Part shown: positions 1-9,480 of the stretch, in pieces
Position numbering within the stretch: position 1 is the first letter of the stretch
Layout: each line of letters opens with the position of its first letter
NCBI GenBank assembly: GCA_029571985.1
Contig: JAKQVC010000160.1
Coordinates: 36,864 to 100,863, forward strand
DNA length: 64,000 nucleotides
Direction: 5' to 3'
Source: Bacteroidota bacterium
Lineage (GTDB): Bacteria; Bacteroidota; Bacteroidia; Chitinophagales; BACL12
Made by a program: the position numbers and the translations under genes
The notes under the pieces: generated by a model
Told to the model about the DNA's origin: nothing
What the model saw: only the letters and a program-made list of their open reading frames with translations
The model's database searches: none

Positions 1-264
1 GCCATCGCTATTGAGCACTGTTTCACATGTTTCCGATGCCTGTTAAGGGTATGGCGGTACCTGTTTTTGGATATGGGAACTGGCCACGTGTGGGATGAAA
101 TCACAAGACTTTTGGTAAAAACGGGTGTTTTGCCGCATGATTTCGCTTTCAGCGAAGGGCTTGTAAATCATGGCTTTCAGCCGATGCCCCTGCTAAAAAA
201 AGTGCTCAAATTGCATGAGTTACCCGTACTGGCACGATGTTGGCATATACATGGGTATAAATGA
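1..264 (+). CDS. 3' end of an unidentified CDS entering from upstream of the window (hypothetical, partial)
   Basis: Frame 1 is open from base 1 to the TGA at 262-264. The ORF track reports it only from an internal TTG at 67. No family recognised from the 87 visible residues. Confidence 0.25.
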   Translation, partial: AIAIEHCFTCFRCLLRVWRYLFLDMGTGHVWDEITRLLVKTGVLPHDFAFSEGLVNHGFQPMPLLKKVLKLHELPVLARCWHIHGYK

Positions 265-270
265 ATGCAT

Positions 271-699
271 ATGAAAACTTTATTACTCTCAGGATTATGT
301 AGCATACTTATACTGGCTTCTTGCGATAGAAACGAAATTCCTGAATATGATGTGCGTGATGAATATGTAGGTCAATATACTGTTTCTGATGCCTGCGACG
401 CGATGATGAATGACTATGCATTAGAAATTTATTATGGCGGCGATTATGACGAAGTTGTATTCGGCTGGCCTGGATTATATGAGGCGGGTTTTGAAGTTGC
501 CGGTATATGCACCGGTATGAAAATGATTATTCCTATTCAACAGTTTTATGTGTCAAGCTATCCGGAAATCTTTTATGAATTCAGTGGAAGTGCTTCTTTA
601 GAAGATGGCGTTTTAACTGTTGATTATACCGTACTCGTTGTGCAGAATGGACTCATTATTGATGAGAACAACTGTATCGCAACCCTGATCAGAAATTAA
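271..699 (+). CDS. hypothetical lipoprotein
   Basis: Abuts the upstream stop. The N-terminus MKTLLLSGLCSILILASC is a lipoprotein-type signal. No family recognised. Confidence 0.5.
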   Translation: MKTLLLSGLCSILILASCDRNEIPEYDVRDEYVGQYTVSDACDAMMNDYALEIYYGGDYDEVVFGWPGLYEAGFEVAGICTGMKMIIPIQQFYVSSYPEIFYEFSGSASLEDGVLTVDYTVLVVQNGLIIDENNCIATLIRN

Positions 700-1916
700 T
701 GCACAACCTGTAATAATCCGGTACGTGTAAATCCGTTTTCTTCAACAGACAGGTAATAGGTGCCTTGCGGCCAATCACTTACGGATAACCAGATGAATCC
801 CTCTGGCACTATTTGCGATTCAAGCATGGTACCTGTAATACTGTAAACTGATAATACAGAACCGGCATGCACACCATTTACTAATACACGCTCAGAGGTT
901 GGATTTGGAAATACGGCAATCCCCTCGCCGGTCAGATTCTGAACAGAAACAAAATCTTTATCAAAAACAGCAACGCCCGCTGATTCTGTTCCAATCCAGA
1001 TATGATTAGATGCATCAATTGTGAGTGCATTGATAAAATCATCCGGCAAATCGCTGTTTAAGGTTGTGTAATGTTCCCAATTGGTATTATCAAAAATATG
1101 GAGTCCAAAAGTCGACATGCCGATAATACCTTCCTGCGTATGATCGATACGCACTGCATCAACCGACCAGTCAACAATATCGCTGGTAAGCGGTGTGAAA
1201 CGTAAAAATTCATAATCTTCCGTCATCACTGTTAATCCGCCAAAAGAAGTAGCCAGCCATTTGTTATTATAAGCATCTTCGTCAATACTCAATACTGTAT
1301 TATCTCCGATATTGGCATTACCTGTCCAATAAATGGAAAACACACCTTCCTGATACACGGCAAGGCCTCCATTTAAAGTGCCTGCATAAACAATATTATT
1401 TGAATCAATGTATAAACTGTTTACGTGAGGCACGAGTATATCTGAATTCTCATCCGTATAGGCTGTCCACGCTTCATCGCCATCCCATTTTGCTAATCCC
1501 CATGAAGTGCCAATCCACATGGTATCATTTTGGTCTTTTGCAATAGCTTTCACATGGTAATCCGGTAAACCTGAATTTGTTGGATCATAAACCGTCCATT
1601 CAGTTCCGTTGTACGATACTAAACCACTTAAATAAGTGCCGGCCCAAATAGTGCCATCCTCATCAACAAAAATGGAACGAATTGAATTATCCGGCAACCC
1701 GTCAGCAGTGGTGTAAACCGTCCACACGCCACCGGGTGTTACTTGTACAAGGCCCCCATCGGTGCCTATCCAAATGTTTTCTGCTGCATCGGTATACAGA
1801 CAATTTACCTTATTATCGGGCAAATCAGAATTATCTGTGTTATACAGCGTAAAAGCTGATTGTGCAAAAGCACTGGTCGCGCAACAGGCAAACAGCGCAG
1901 CAAACAACATTCTCAT
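696..1916 (-). CDS. T9SS-secreted beta-propeller protein (two-component-regulator propeller-type repeats)
   Basis: Signal peptide MRMLFAALFACCATSAFAQ. Repeated units carry W.GT..GL cores (IWIGTDGGL, IWAGTYLSGL, MWIGTSWGL, VYAGTLNGGL, WLATSFGGL, IWIGTESAGV). The C-terminus VFPNPTSERVLV...GTYYLSV...LLQVVH is a Por/T9SS sorting domain. Confidence 0.7.
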   Translation of the reverse strand: MRMLFAALFACCATSAFAQSAFTLYNTDNSDLPDNKVNCLYTDAAENIWIGTDGGLVQVTPGGVWTVYTTADGLPDNSIRSIFVDEDGTIWAGTYLSGLVSYNGTEWTVYDPTNSGLPDYHVKAIAKDQNDTMWIGTSWGLAKWDGDEAWTAYTDENSDILVPHVNSLYIDSNNIVYAGTLNGGLAVYQEGVFSIYWTGNANIGDNTVLSIDEDAYNNKWLATSFGGLTVMTEDYEFLRFTPLTSDIVDWSVDAVRIDHTQEGIIGMSTFGLHIFDNTNWEHYTTLNSDLPDDFINALTIDASNHIWIGTESAGVAVFDKDFVSVQNLTGEGIAVFPNPTSERVLVNGVHAGSVLSVYSITGTMLESQIVPEGFIWLSVSDWPQGTYYLSVEENGFTRTGLLQVVH

Positions 1917-2058
1917 GAGGTAAAAATACGCTCAACCGGCGAGTTTTGCCTGTTTCAAACAAGTGACTTTTATCAATATCATACAATATGAGGTAAAAAT
2001 TACGTTTTTCTGCTGCCGGCGACAATTTTGTTGCACCGGATTTGAATTGATTTCTGCG

Positions 2059-3069
2059 ATGAAAACGTCCTTTTACCTAATTATCCTGCTGGTTGCAATG
2101 GCTGTCAGCAGCTGTAAAGACCCAAATGCGGGTTGCCCTGCGGATGCCGATATATTGACTTCCTTTGTTTTAGAAACCGGAGAATCGGCCACTATCACCA
2201 AAAGTGGCGAAGCATATAGTCAGGATGATGCTGGTTGTACCTTTCTGGTGCAATACTTTACACCGGGATGGGAAGAAGTATATGTAAATACCGATACGGG
2301 AAGATATGTATTAACGGATGATGGTGATTTATTTCCGGTAACAAATACATTTTTTGATGATGTAGAGGCTTATGCCGGATTCACCGATATGATGCTGACT
2401 GATATTACCCAGTTGGATAAAAATTGGAATTCGTTTACGCTTCAAAGTCCAATGGCACCTACGGTTGAGGCGTATGTCGATTTGCGGGCATGTATCATGG
2501 ATAATACATGCACATTTATGGATAATCGATTTGATTTGGTGGCAGACCCATTAAACGCAACTAATCAGGTGTTGCAATGTACTGCAGTCCCGCCTTCTGC
2601 TGATATGGTCACCTCTAAAGCCAGTATTGAACGCTCCTTTAATTACTTTACCGAAGGTGATGATCTTTGGTATGAAGCGCGTTATTATATCGTAAGCGGC
2701 ATGCCTTATAGTTTGGCTGATTTTGAAAATCGTTTTTTTGACCAGAGTCCGGGCCCCAGAATTGTAATTGAGGGAAACAAACTGGCTATTGAAAATAAAT
2801 TTGAGGAAAAACTCACCTACTATCCGGATGCAGCACCTGATATTCCGGTTGGAGAATGGTTTACGGTAAAAGTACATTTCAGGTTTAGCACATCTGATGC
2901 GGGATTAATTGAATTATGGCAGAACAATGTATTGCTGATGTCGGTAAACGGAAAAAATTTGCCAAATGGTAATTCCATTCAAACAAGCCTCGAAGTTGGC
3001 GCAACCGCAACCAGCGATGGATGTGTTTTACTGATCGATGACATTAAACTTTCTCCTACCTCTTTTTAA
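2059..3069 (+). CDS. hypothetical lipoprotein, possibly a polysaccharide-lyase-like jelly-roll protein
   Basis: The track ORF starts at 1963, but the in-frame ATG at 2059 gives MKTSFYLIILLVAMAVSSC, a lipoprotein signal. The C-terminal GEWFTVKVHF...GLIELWQNNVLL...LLIDDIKL resembles concanavalin-like lyase domains, but this is a weak recollection only. Confidence 0.45.
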   Translation: MKTSFYLIILLVAMAVSSCKDPNAGCPADADILTSFVLETGESATITKSGEAYSQDDAGCTFLVQYFTPGWEEVYVNTDTGRYVLTDDGDLFPVTNTFFDDVEAYAGFTDMMLTDITQLDKNWNSFTLQSPMAPTVEAYVDLRACIMDNTCTFMDNRFDLVADPLNATNQVLQCTAVPPSADMVTSKASIERSFNYFTEGDDLWYEARYYIVSGMPYSLADFENRFFDQSPGPRIVIEGNKLAIENKFEEKLTYYPDAAPDIPVGEWFTVKVHFRFSTSDAGLIELWQNNVLLMSVNGKNLPNGNSIQTSLEVGATATSDGCVLLIDDIKLSPTSF

Positions 3070-3079
3070 GGCAAAAGTG

Positions 3080-3087
3080 TACATTTG
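3080..3087 (+). promoter_or_regulatory. candidate Bacteroidota -7 promoter box (TACATTTG)
   Basis: Matches the TAnnTTTG consensus, 17 nt upstream of the ATG at 3104. Confidence 0.35.
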
Positions 3088-3103
3088 AGGAAATTAATTC
3101 TCT

Positions 3104-4747
3104 ATGAAAAAGTTTCCCCTACTCCTGGGTCTGCTCCTGACCCTCGCCAGTACGCATGCTCAATTCGTTGCTGAATATGCCTCAGAAGGCCACAACATGC
3201 GGTACACAGCTATTGCAAAGCGCAATGGTAATTATATAGCTGCAGGTACAGAGGCTAAGCATATTGTGATTTCTGAAATCAGACCCAATGGAGTGCTTGT
3301 GCGGTCTACCTATTTATATGTTGAGGATGATGCCGTAGAACAGCCGGTAAAATCTTTAATTGTTGACAGCGATGGTTTTATTGTTATAGCGGGTTACCGC
3401 GATCCGGTTAATTTAACTGCTACTAAAGCCTATGTGCTGAAGTATGACTGGGTGATGGATACAGTAGTTTGGTCGCAGGTTTTTGATGATGCCGGTACAA
3501 ACTTTTTCAAAATTTTAGAAAAAAGCCCCGGCGGAAATTATCTGGTGAGCGGAATGGTGCGAACTGTCGGACTAGAAATTCACTCGGTTTTAATTGAAGT
3601 TGATCGCAATTTGGGTTCCTGGTCCTTTTTGGATGTGAGTTCACACGATCCATTTAATGATACCTATTATGCAATGGGTAAATCCGGAAGTAATATTTAT
3701 TTGGCAGGTCGTCAGCAATTCAGTGGTGGCTCTGCGGATAAAATGCGTAACACCGTTACTAAATTGGACAATACAGGTAATGTTTTGTTTAATTATGCCT
3801 ATTTAAGAGATACTGCCGATTATGCCCGGCTTTATGGAGCAGACATAATTGTGCAGGCAAAAAAGTTTATTACATTGGCCTGTGGCGGTGGAAATACACT
3901 ATCTACTGCCCGCGATTTATACGCAGTATGTGCCGGCATAAACGGCAAAGTTAAATGGTCGAATTATTACGATATCACCAGCACAACCTTAGATGGTATG
4001 TGGTTATCCATTAAGCCGTATGGTTCAAATTATCTGATTGCCGGTAGTATGTATAATCCAAATGATCCTTTAGGTTATGGTCAGGGTGGCAAAATGTTTG
4101 TGCTGTATGTTGACACATACGGCCAAATTATATGGGCGAATACCTATGAAATTTATAGTGACCATTATTACTACCTCGGTCATACCGACATGCTTATAGT
4201 GGATGGTGATCATTTTGTGCTGGCCGGCAACGTGCGCAATCCGGTAACAAATAAATTTCATGCAGTTGTTTTGAAAGCACCTGTTATTGACGGTGTGTTG
4301 CCTGATGGATGCAGTGAACCGCTCGATGTGAATGTAATTCCCGATAATATTTTCAGACAGTATGCCAATTTATATGATGCTGCCGAAACATTTGGCGCCG
4401 TTACAGTTGATGCACCCATTTTAGATGCGGATGCTTATAATTACGAAACCTATTGTGTGCCTCCTGAATTGACGGATGCTGAATATGCCCGTACGGCATC
4501 AGCAGGCAACATGCAAATTATTTCACCGGTCCATCAACAGGTTACTTATTTGCTCCCTGTCGAAAAACAACAATCAGCTACAGTGGCTATTTATACTTTG
4601 CAAGGCGCTTGTGTGCAGATGCAATCGGTTGAAGTGGACCAAGTCAATGCCATTTCAATTGACGATCTGCCTACCGGCACATATATTATAGTGGTGCAAT
4701 TAGCAGACGGGTCGAAACGCTGGAATGAAACCTTTGTTGTGATGTAA
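3104..4747 (+). CDS. T9SS-secreted protein, function unknown
   Basis: Signal peptide MKKFPLLLGLLLTLASTHAQ. The C-terminal ~80 aa (ATVAIYTLQGACV...LPTGTYIIVVQLADGSKRWNETFVVM) has the Por/T9SS sorting-domain pattern. Confidence 0.7.
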   Translation: MKKFPLLLGLLLTLASTHAQFVAEYASEGHNMRYTAIAKRNGNYIAAGTEAKHIVISEIRPNGVLVRSTYLYVEDDAVEQPVKSLIVDSDGFIVIAGYRDPVNLTATKAYVLKYDWVMDTVVWSQVFDDAGTNFFKILEKSPGGNYLVSGMVRTVGLEIHSVLIEVDRNLGSWSFLDVSSHDPFNDTYYAMGKSGSNIYLAGRQQFSGGSADKMRNTVTKLDNTGNVLFNYAYLRDTADYARLYGADIIVQAKKFITLACGGGNTLSTARDLYAVCAGINGKVKWSNYYDITSTTLDGMWLSIKPYGSNYLIAGSMYNPNDPLGYGQGGKMFVLYVDTYGQIIWANTYEIYSDHYYYLGHTDMLIVDGDHFVLAGNVRNPVTNKFHAVVLKAPVIDGVLPDGCSEPLDVNVIPDNIFRQYANLYDAAETFGAVTVDAPILDADAYNYETYCVPPELTDAEYARTASAGNMQIISPVHQQVTYLLPVEKQQSATVAIYTLQGACVQMQSVEVDQVNAISIDDLPTGTYIIVVQLADGSKRWNETFVVM

Positions 4748-4785
4748 ATTTCACTTGATAACCCGACAACCTTTTATAAAAAAAG

Positions 4786-4814
4786 AAGAGCCGTTCCATT
4801 ACAGAACGGCTCTT
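4786..4814. terminator. bidirectional rho-independent terminator between convergent genes
   Basis: An 11-bp perfect stem (aagagccgttc / gaacggctctt) with a 7-nt loop, an A-run before and a T-run after. It lies between the stop at 4747 (+) and the stop at 4837 (-). Confidence 0.6.
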
Positions 4815-4836
4815 TTATTACGCCACAATTAATCAC

Positions 4837-7800
4837 TTAAATGTTATCCAGACTATTAGTCTGCTGAGGCACTGCTTTTGTATCGGCAACTGTATGCTTA
4901 TACGCAAATCCAAGCTTGCTAAATATCCAGGCTTTGAATCGCTCATTTAATAAATACATTACCGGAACTACTAACAAGGTTACAAATGTTGCAAAGCCCA
5001 ATCCAAATACAATCGTCCAGGCTAATGGGCCCCAGAACACAACGTTCTCACCACCTAACCAGATATCAGGACGACCTTCGGTAAATAATCCCACGAAATC
5101 GATATTGAAACCAATAGCCAGTGGAATCATACCCAAAATGGTTGCAGTTGCTGTTAACACTACAGGTGTCATACGAATACGTGCAGCTTCAACTACGGCT
5201 TCTCTGATTGGAACGCCTTCACCGATCAGAATATCGGTAAATTCTACCAGCAGGATACCATTCCGCACAACTATACCTAACAAGGCTATAATACCCACAC
5301 CGGTCATTACTGCTGAGAAATCCATTCCAAATAATCCATAGCCTAATAACACACCGATGATACTGAATACCACCTCAACGAAAATGATGAGTGGTTTTGA
5401 TACCGAGTTAAATTGTGCTACCAAAATAATAATGATCAGCACCAGTGAAATTACCCAGGCAATTGAAAGGAAGCTGATGGTTTCTTCCATGTCCTGACTG
5501 GCACCGGTATAACCAATGGTTACATTTTCCGGTGTTTCGAAATCTTCCAATGCAGCTTTTATCTGATTCATGATTACAGGTTGCTGACTTTCATATCCTG
5601 ATAACAGGTTGGAAGAAATAGTCACCACGCGTTTTTGGTTGATGCGTTTTACACCTGAATAGGTTGCGGAATATTGAATATCAGCAAAAGCACTCAAAGG
5701 AATCTGACGAATCTGACCTGTCGTCATATCGCGATAGGTGATTTTCAAATCCTTTAACTGATCAATACTTTTTCTTTGCGATTCATCGTAACGAACAATA
5801 ATCGGATAATCATCATTGCCTTCTTTGAATTTTGATATTTCCCATCCGTAAACGGCGTTACGAATTTCAGCACCTACAGTGAAAGTAGTTATACCTTCCC
5901 GGTTCATACGCTCGCGGTCGAGGTCGATAACGATTTCCGGTTTGTTGGCCTGTAAATCAGTTTTTAATTCTTCAACACCATCAAAATTTAAACTATCCAG
6001 ATAGCGCTTGATGCGCTCGCTTGTTCCAATTAATTCATCAAAGTCATCACCTGATACTTCGATATTAATTGGTTTACCGGCAGGAGGACCGTTTTGTTCG
6101 GCACCTACGGTTATTTCTGCGCCTGGAATATCTTTAACTGCTTCCCGTATTTTTTCCATATACGGTTCTGTCATTTGATGCCTGCGCTCAGTTGGTTCAA
6201 TAAAGGCGACACCCACTTTACCTTTGTTGGAGGCCGCACTCATGTCAAATGGATCTTCTGATGCCCCAATGGTTACATTCGATATCACGGATTTAACCAG
6301 TGGATTATTTTCTCCTAATACACCATAAATCCGCTTTTCAACCAGCTGGGTAACAGAGTCAGTTGTTTCCTGATCAGTTCCCACAGGCATCACGATATAG
6401 GTGAAAATAAAGTTTGGATCGCCGGTTGGAAATTGTTCCAAGCCGGGTTTTGTAATATTCATGGCAACAATTGCGATTACCAGTGAGCCTAAAATGCTCA
6501 GGAAAATTTTTCCCGGATTGCGCAATGTCCAACGCAATAAATTGGCGTAACCATTTTGAAATGCCGGCCATCCTTTTTTCTGGAACCAGTTCACGGCCTT
6601 GGTTAATACCAGATTGTATATCCAGAATAAGGCAACAAACGTAATAATGATATTGCCTAATAATGCAGCACCACTTAAGCTGAGTAATAAACCAAACATG
6701 GCAAACACCACACTCCAGATAATCTGGCGACGTCGGTTTGGTTTTTCGCCATGCACATGCGGCTTCATAAATGCGGCGGCAAATACCGGGTTAATTAAAT
6801 AAGCTACTATTAAAGAAGCAGTTAATGTGATAATTAAGGTGATAGGCAATCCCTTCATAAATGAACCAATCATACCCGGCCAGAAAATGAGCGGGAAGAA
6901 AGGCGCAAGGGTGGTCATCGTACCGGCTAATACCGGAAGGAATACCTCGCCAGCCGCATTTTTAGCAGCTGTTTTAATGGGCACTTTTCCGTTCGCAAAA
7001 ATCCGGTGCGTATTTTCTATCACCACAATGGCATCATCCACCACAATACCCAGTCCAAGCAGGAAGGCGAATAATACAATCAGGTTCATGCTCATGCCTA
7101 ATAAACTCAATACAATAAAGGCAATAAACATCGACAATGGCACAGATAATCCCACAAACATCGCATCCGTTGCACCCATGAAAAACATCAATACAATGGT
7201 TACTAAAATAAATCCAATGATAATGGTGTTAATCAAATCGGCAACCTGTGTACGGGTTAAGGATGAAGTGTCGCCGGTAATGGTAATGTTTACATCTGAC
7301 GGAATATCCTTTTCTTCTGCCTCAGCTAATAAAGCATTGATATTATCAGAAGCCTCAATCAGGTTTTCTCCACTCTTTTTAATGATATTGAGGGTAATAA
7401 CTTTCTTGCTGTCTAAGCGGGCAAAACTCTCCTGCTCTTTAAAATCATCCTGAATAACTGCGAGGTCTTTCAGATAAATAGGAAAATTATTCGCATTATT
7501 AATCGTCAGGTTTTTAATTTGCTCAATGTTGTCAAATTCACCACTTACGGTTATACTGCGGCGCATATCTTCTACCTTCATCGTACCACCTGAAATAATC
7601 CGGTTTTCATTGCTGATGGCCGAATAGATATCGTACATGGTAACTTGTGCCGACTGCATTTTATACATATCGACATTTATCTGAATTTCGCGTTCTGGTG
7701 CACCAATTAAATCGACGCGTGAAATTTCAGGAAGCTCTTCAATTTTATCCTGTAATAATTCGGCATAACGTTTAAGTGAACCCAGATCATAGTCGCCACT

Positions 7801-8259
7801 CACGTTTACCTGCATAATCGGAATTTCACTGAATTCCACTTTTTGTACGTTAGGTCCAAATGCAGGATCCAGGTCTGATGGTAAACGTGGCTTAGCCTTG
7901 TCAACCGCATCCTTCACCTTCTGATTGGCATCATCAATATCTGTTCCGGATACGAATTCTACCTGAATACTGCTGAAATCCTGAACTGAACTGCTGATGA
8001 TTTTATTCACGCCATTAATAGCGCCTAAATCTTTTTCTAATTCTTTTGTAATCAGGTTTTCCATATCTACCGGCGAGCTACCAGGATAGATGGTCGACAC
8101 ATATACCGTTGGCATGGTAATGTCGGGATATAACTCCTTGGGCAACGCATTATAGGTAGAGATACCTAAAATGGTGAGGATAACCGTAATCACGAATATA
8201 GTGGTCCGGTTGTCTATCGCCCAGCTCGAGGGTTTAAACTCTTTGAATATATCTTTCAT
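4837..8259 (-). CDS. RND efflux transporter permease (AcrB/AcrD/AcrF family)
   Basis: 1140 aa with the typical N-terminus (FKPSSWAIDNRTTIFVITVILTILG) and 12-TM, two-large-loop organisation. It is last in an operon with MFP and TolC genes. Confidence 0.95.
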   Translation of the reverse strand: MKDIFKEFKPSSWAIDNRTTIFVITVILTILGISTYNALPKELYPDITMPTVYVSTIYPGSSPVDMENLITKELEKDLGAINGVNKIISSSVQDFSSIQVEFVSGTDIDDANQKVKDAVDKAKPRLPSDLDPAFGPNVQKVEFSEIPIMQVNVSGDYDLGSLKRYAELLQDKIEELPEISRVDLIGAPEREIQINVDMYKMQSAQVTMYDIYSAISNENRIISGGTMKVEDMRRSITVSGEFDNIEQIKNLTINNANNFPIYLKDLAVIQDDFKEQESFARLDSKKVITLNIIKKSGENLIEASDNINALLAEAEEKDIPSDVNITITGDTSSLTRTQVADLINTIIIGFILVTIVLMFFMGATDAMFVGLSVPLSMFIAFIVLSLLGMSMNLIVLFAFLLGLGIVVDDAIVVIENTHRIFANGKVPIKTAAKNAAGEVFLPVLAGTMTTLAPFFPLIFWPGMIGSFMKGLPITLIITLTASLIVAYLINPVFAAAFMKPHVHGEKPNRRRQIIWSVVFAMFGLLLSLSGAALLGNIIITFVALFWIYNLVLTKAVNWFQKKGWPAFQNGYANLLRWTLRNPGKIFLSILGSLVIAIVAMNITKPGLEQFPTGDPNFIFTYIVMPVGTDQETTDSVTQLVEKRIYGVLGENNPLVKSVISNVTIGASEDPFDMSAASNKGKVGVAFIEPTERRHQMTEPYMEKIREAVKDIPGAEITVGAEQNGPPAGKPINIEVSGDDFDELIGTSERIKRYLDSLNFDGVEELKTDLQANKPEIVIDLDRERMNREGITTFTVGAEIRNAVYGWEISKFKEGNDDYPIIVRYDESQRKSIDQLKDLKITYRDMTTGQIRQIPLSAFADIQYSATYSGVKRINQKRVVTISSNLLSGYESQQPVIMNQIKAALEDFETPENVTIGYTGASQDMEETISFLSIAWVISLVLIIIILVAQFNSVSKPLIIFVEVVFSIIGVLLGYGLFGMDFSAVMTGVGIIALLGIVVRNGILLVEFTDILIGEGVPIREAVVEAARIRMTPVVLTATATILGMIPLAIGFNIDFVGLFTEGRPDIWLGGENVVFWGPLAWTIVFGLGFATFVTLLVVPVMYLLNERFKAWIFSKLGFAYKHTVADTKAVPQQTNSLDNI

Positions 8260-8356
8260 GTTTCTTGTTTATCGAGAATGAAGTGTTTGCATATGCACTG
8301 TCGGATGCAAAGGAGCGTGTGAGGCTTCCATGTATCCAATCAGGTAAACATGCCAA

Positions 8357-9469
8357 TTAAAACACAATGGCCTGTCCGTCTATCAGATTCTGATAACCCG
8401 CCGTAACCAGCTTATCGCCTTTCATTAAACCTGAGGTGATTTCTGCATTACCGCCATAAATCTGACCGATGGTTACAGTGCGACGAACGGCAACTGTTTT
8501 TCCGCCTTTATCTTCAGCCACATATACATAAGATGCATCTGCCGATCTTTGAATCATATTCAAATCAACCACCATAGCCTCGTTTGCCTGATAATCAGCA
8601 ATTTTAATTACAGCAATCATGTTCGGTTTTAAGGCAGCATCGCTTGGTAATTTCGCTTCAATGCTAAATGTGCGACTTGAAGGGTTGATTACCTTGCTTG
8701 CAAAAGTCAGTTTGGTGTCGATGGTTCTATCGATATCACTTAAGATAACTTTAGTATCATCACCTGCCGATACAATTGCACTGTGCGATTCAGATACTTC
8801 ACCTTTAGCTTTTAAGCTGCTCATATTCACAATGCGAATGCCCTGGAAACCCGGACTTCCAATTTGTCCTACTTTAATATCAACCGCATCAACCATACCG
8901 GTAATTGGTGAAACTAATTTGCTCATAGTGAGTTGCTCGCGCGCAGCAGCAATGCTTTTTTCTAATGTTTCTACATTGTTTTTAGCAGATAAATACTGCA
9001 CTTCACTGCCTATTTTTTGATCCCATAAAGCTTTTTGCTTTTTGTAGAGTTCGTTGGCAAAGCTTAATTGTGATTCCAATGTTTCAATGTTCTTACGCAT
9101 GGCATCATTATCCATTTCTGCCAGTAACTGACCTTTTGAAACGCTTTGTCCGGTTGTTACATACACTGCCTGGATAATACCCGGCATTTGTGGTGTTACC
9201 AGTACGTTTTCGTCTGCATCAATTTTACCCTGAATTTCAATGTAATGGGTAAATGTTGCAGGCTGAATTTCAGTAACAGCAACCAATTCAGGTGCTTTAC
9301 CTTTTGATGTGTCATTTTTGGCTATTTCTGCTTCGAGAGTTTTGATTTTCTCATCCAGCGCAGAACGCTCTTTTTTTAATTTCGCCAGTTCCGCTTTCGG
9401 ATCTTCACCTTTCGACCCGCAAGAAGCGAGTGTGATGAGGGCGAATACATATATTAATGCTTTTTTCAT
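8357..9469 (-). CDS. RND efflux periplasmic adaptor (membrane fusion protein, HlyD family)
   Basis: Lipoprotein signal (LITLASC), a coiled-coil segment and barrel-sandwich motifs. Located between the TolC-like and RND genes. Confidence 0.9.
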   Translation of the reverse strand: MKKALIYVFALITLASCGSKGEDPKAELAKLKKERSALDEKIKTLEAEIAKNDTSKGKAPELVAVTEIQPATFTHYIEIQGKIDADENVLVTPQMPGIIQAVYVTTGQSVSKGQLLAEMDNDAMRKNIETLESQLSFANELYKKQKALWDQKIGSEVQYLSAKNNVETLEKSIAAAREQLTMSKLVSPITGMVDAVDIKVGQIGSPGFQGIRIVNMSSLKAKGEVSESHSAIVSAGDDTKVILSDIDRTIDTKLTFASKVINPSSRTFSIEAKLPSDAALKPNMIAVIKIADYQANEAMVVDLNMIQRSADASYVYVAEDKGGKTVAVRRTVTIGQIYGGNAEITSGLMKGDKLVTAGYQNLIDGQAIVF

Positions 9470-9480
9470 ATACGGTGGTT

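Noticed and set aside
67-264. 65-aa ORF as an independent small gene
   Set aside because: The same frame is open back to base 1, so it is more likely the tail of a longer gene starting upstream of the window. It is reported as a partial CDS with low confidence instead.
1963-2058. N-terminal extensions of track ORFs (also 18945-19067, 22130-22195, 33101-33163, 38930-38974, 43397-43498, 47135-47242, 60276-60350)
   Set aside because: In each case an internal ATG yields a canonical signal peptide or a conserved N-terminus and removes overlap with the neighbouring gene, so the extensions are probably not translated.
4916-7453. Long plus-strand ORFs (4916-5341, 6599-6802, 6827-7453) inside the RND transporter gene
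   Set aside because: These are antisense shadow ORFs of a strongly supported 1140-aa CDS. Their products are low-complexity with no family resemblance. The same reasoning applies to 8619-9020, 18586-19101, 19272-19664, 20757-21071, 55313-57222 and other embedded ORFs.
8260-8356. 7-bp inverted repeat tttgcat...atgcaaa between the MFP and RND genes as a regulatory operator
   Set aside because: The stem is short and imperfectly supported, it lies inside an operon, and it is expected by chance in AT-rich spacers. No second copy was seen near the TetR gene.
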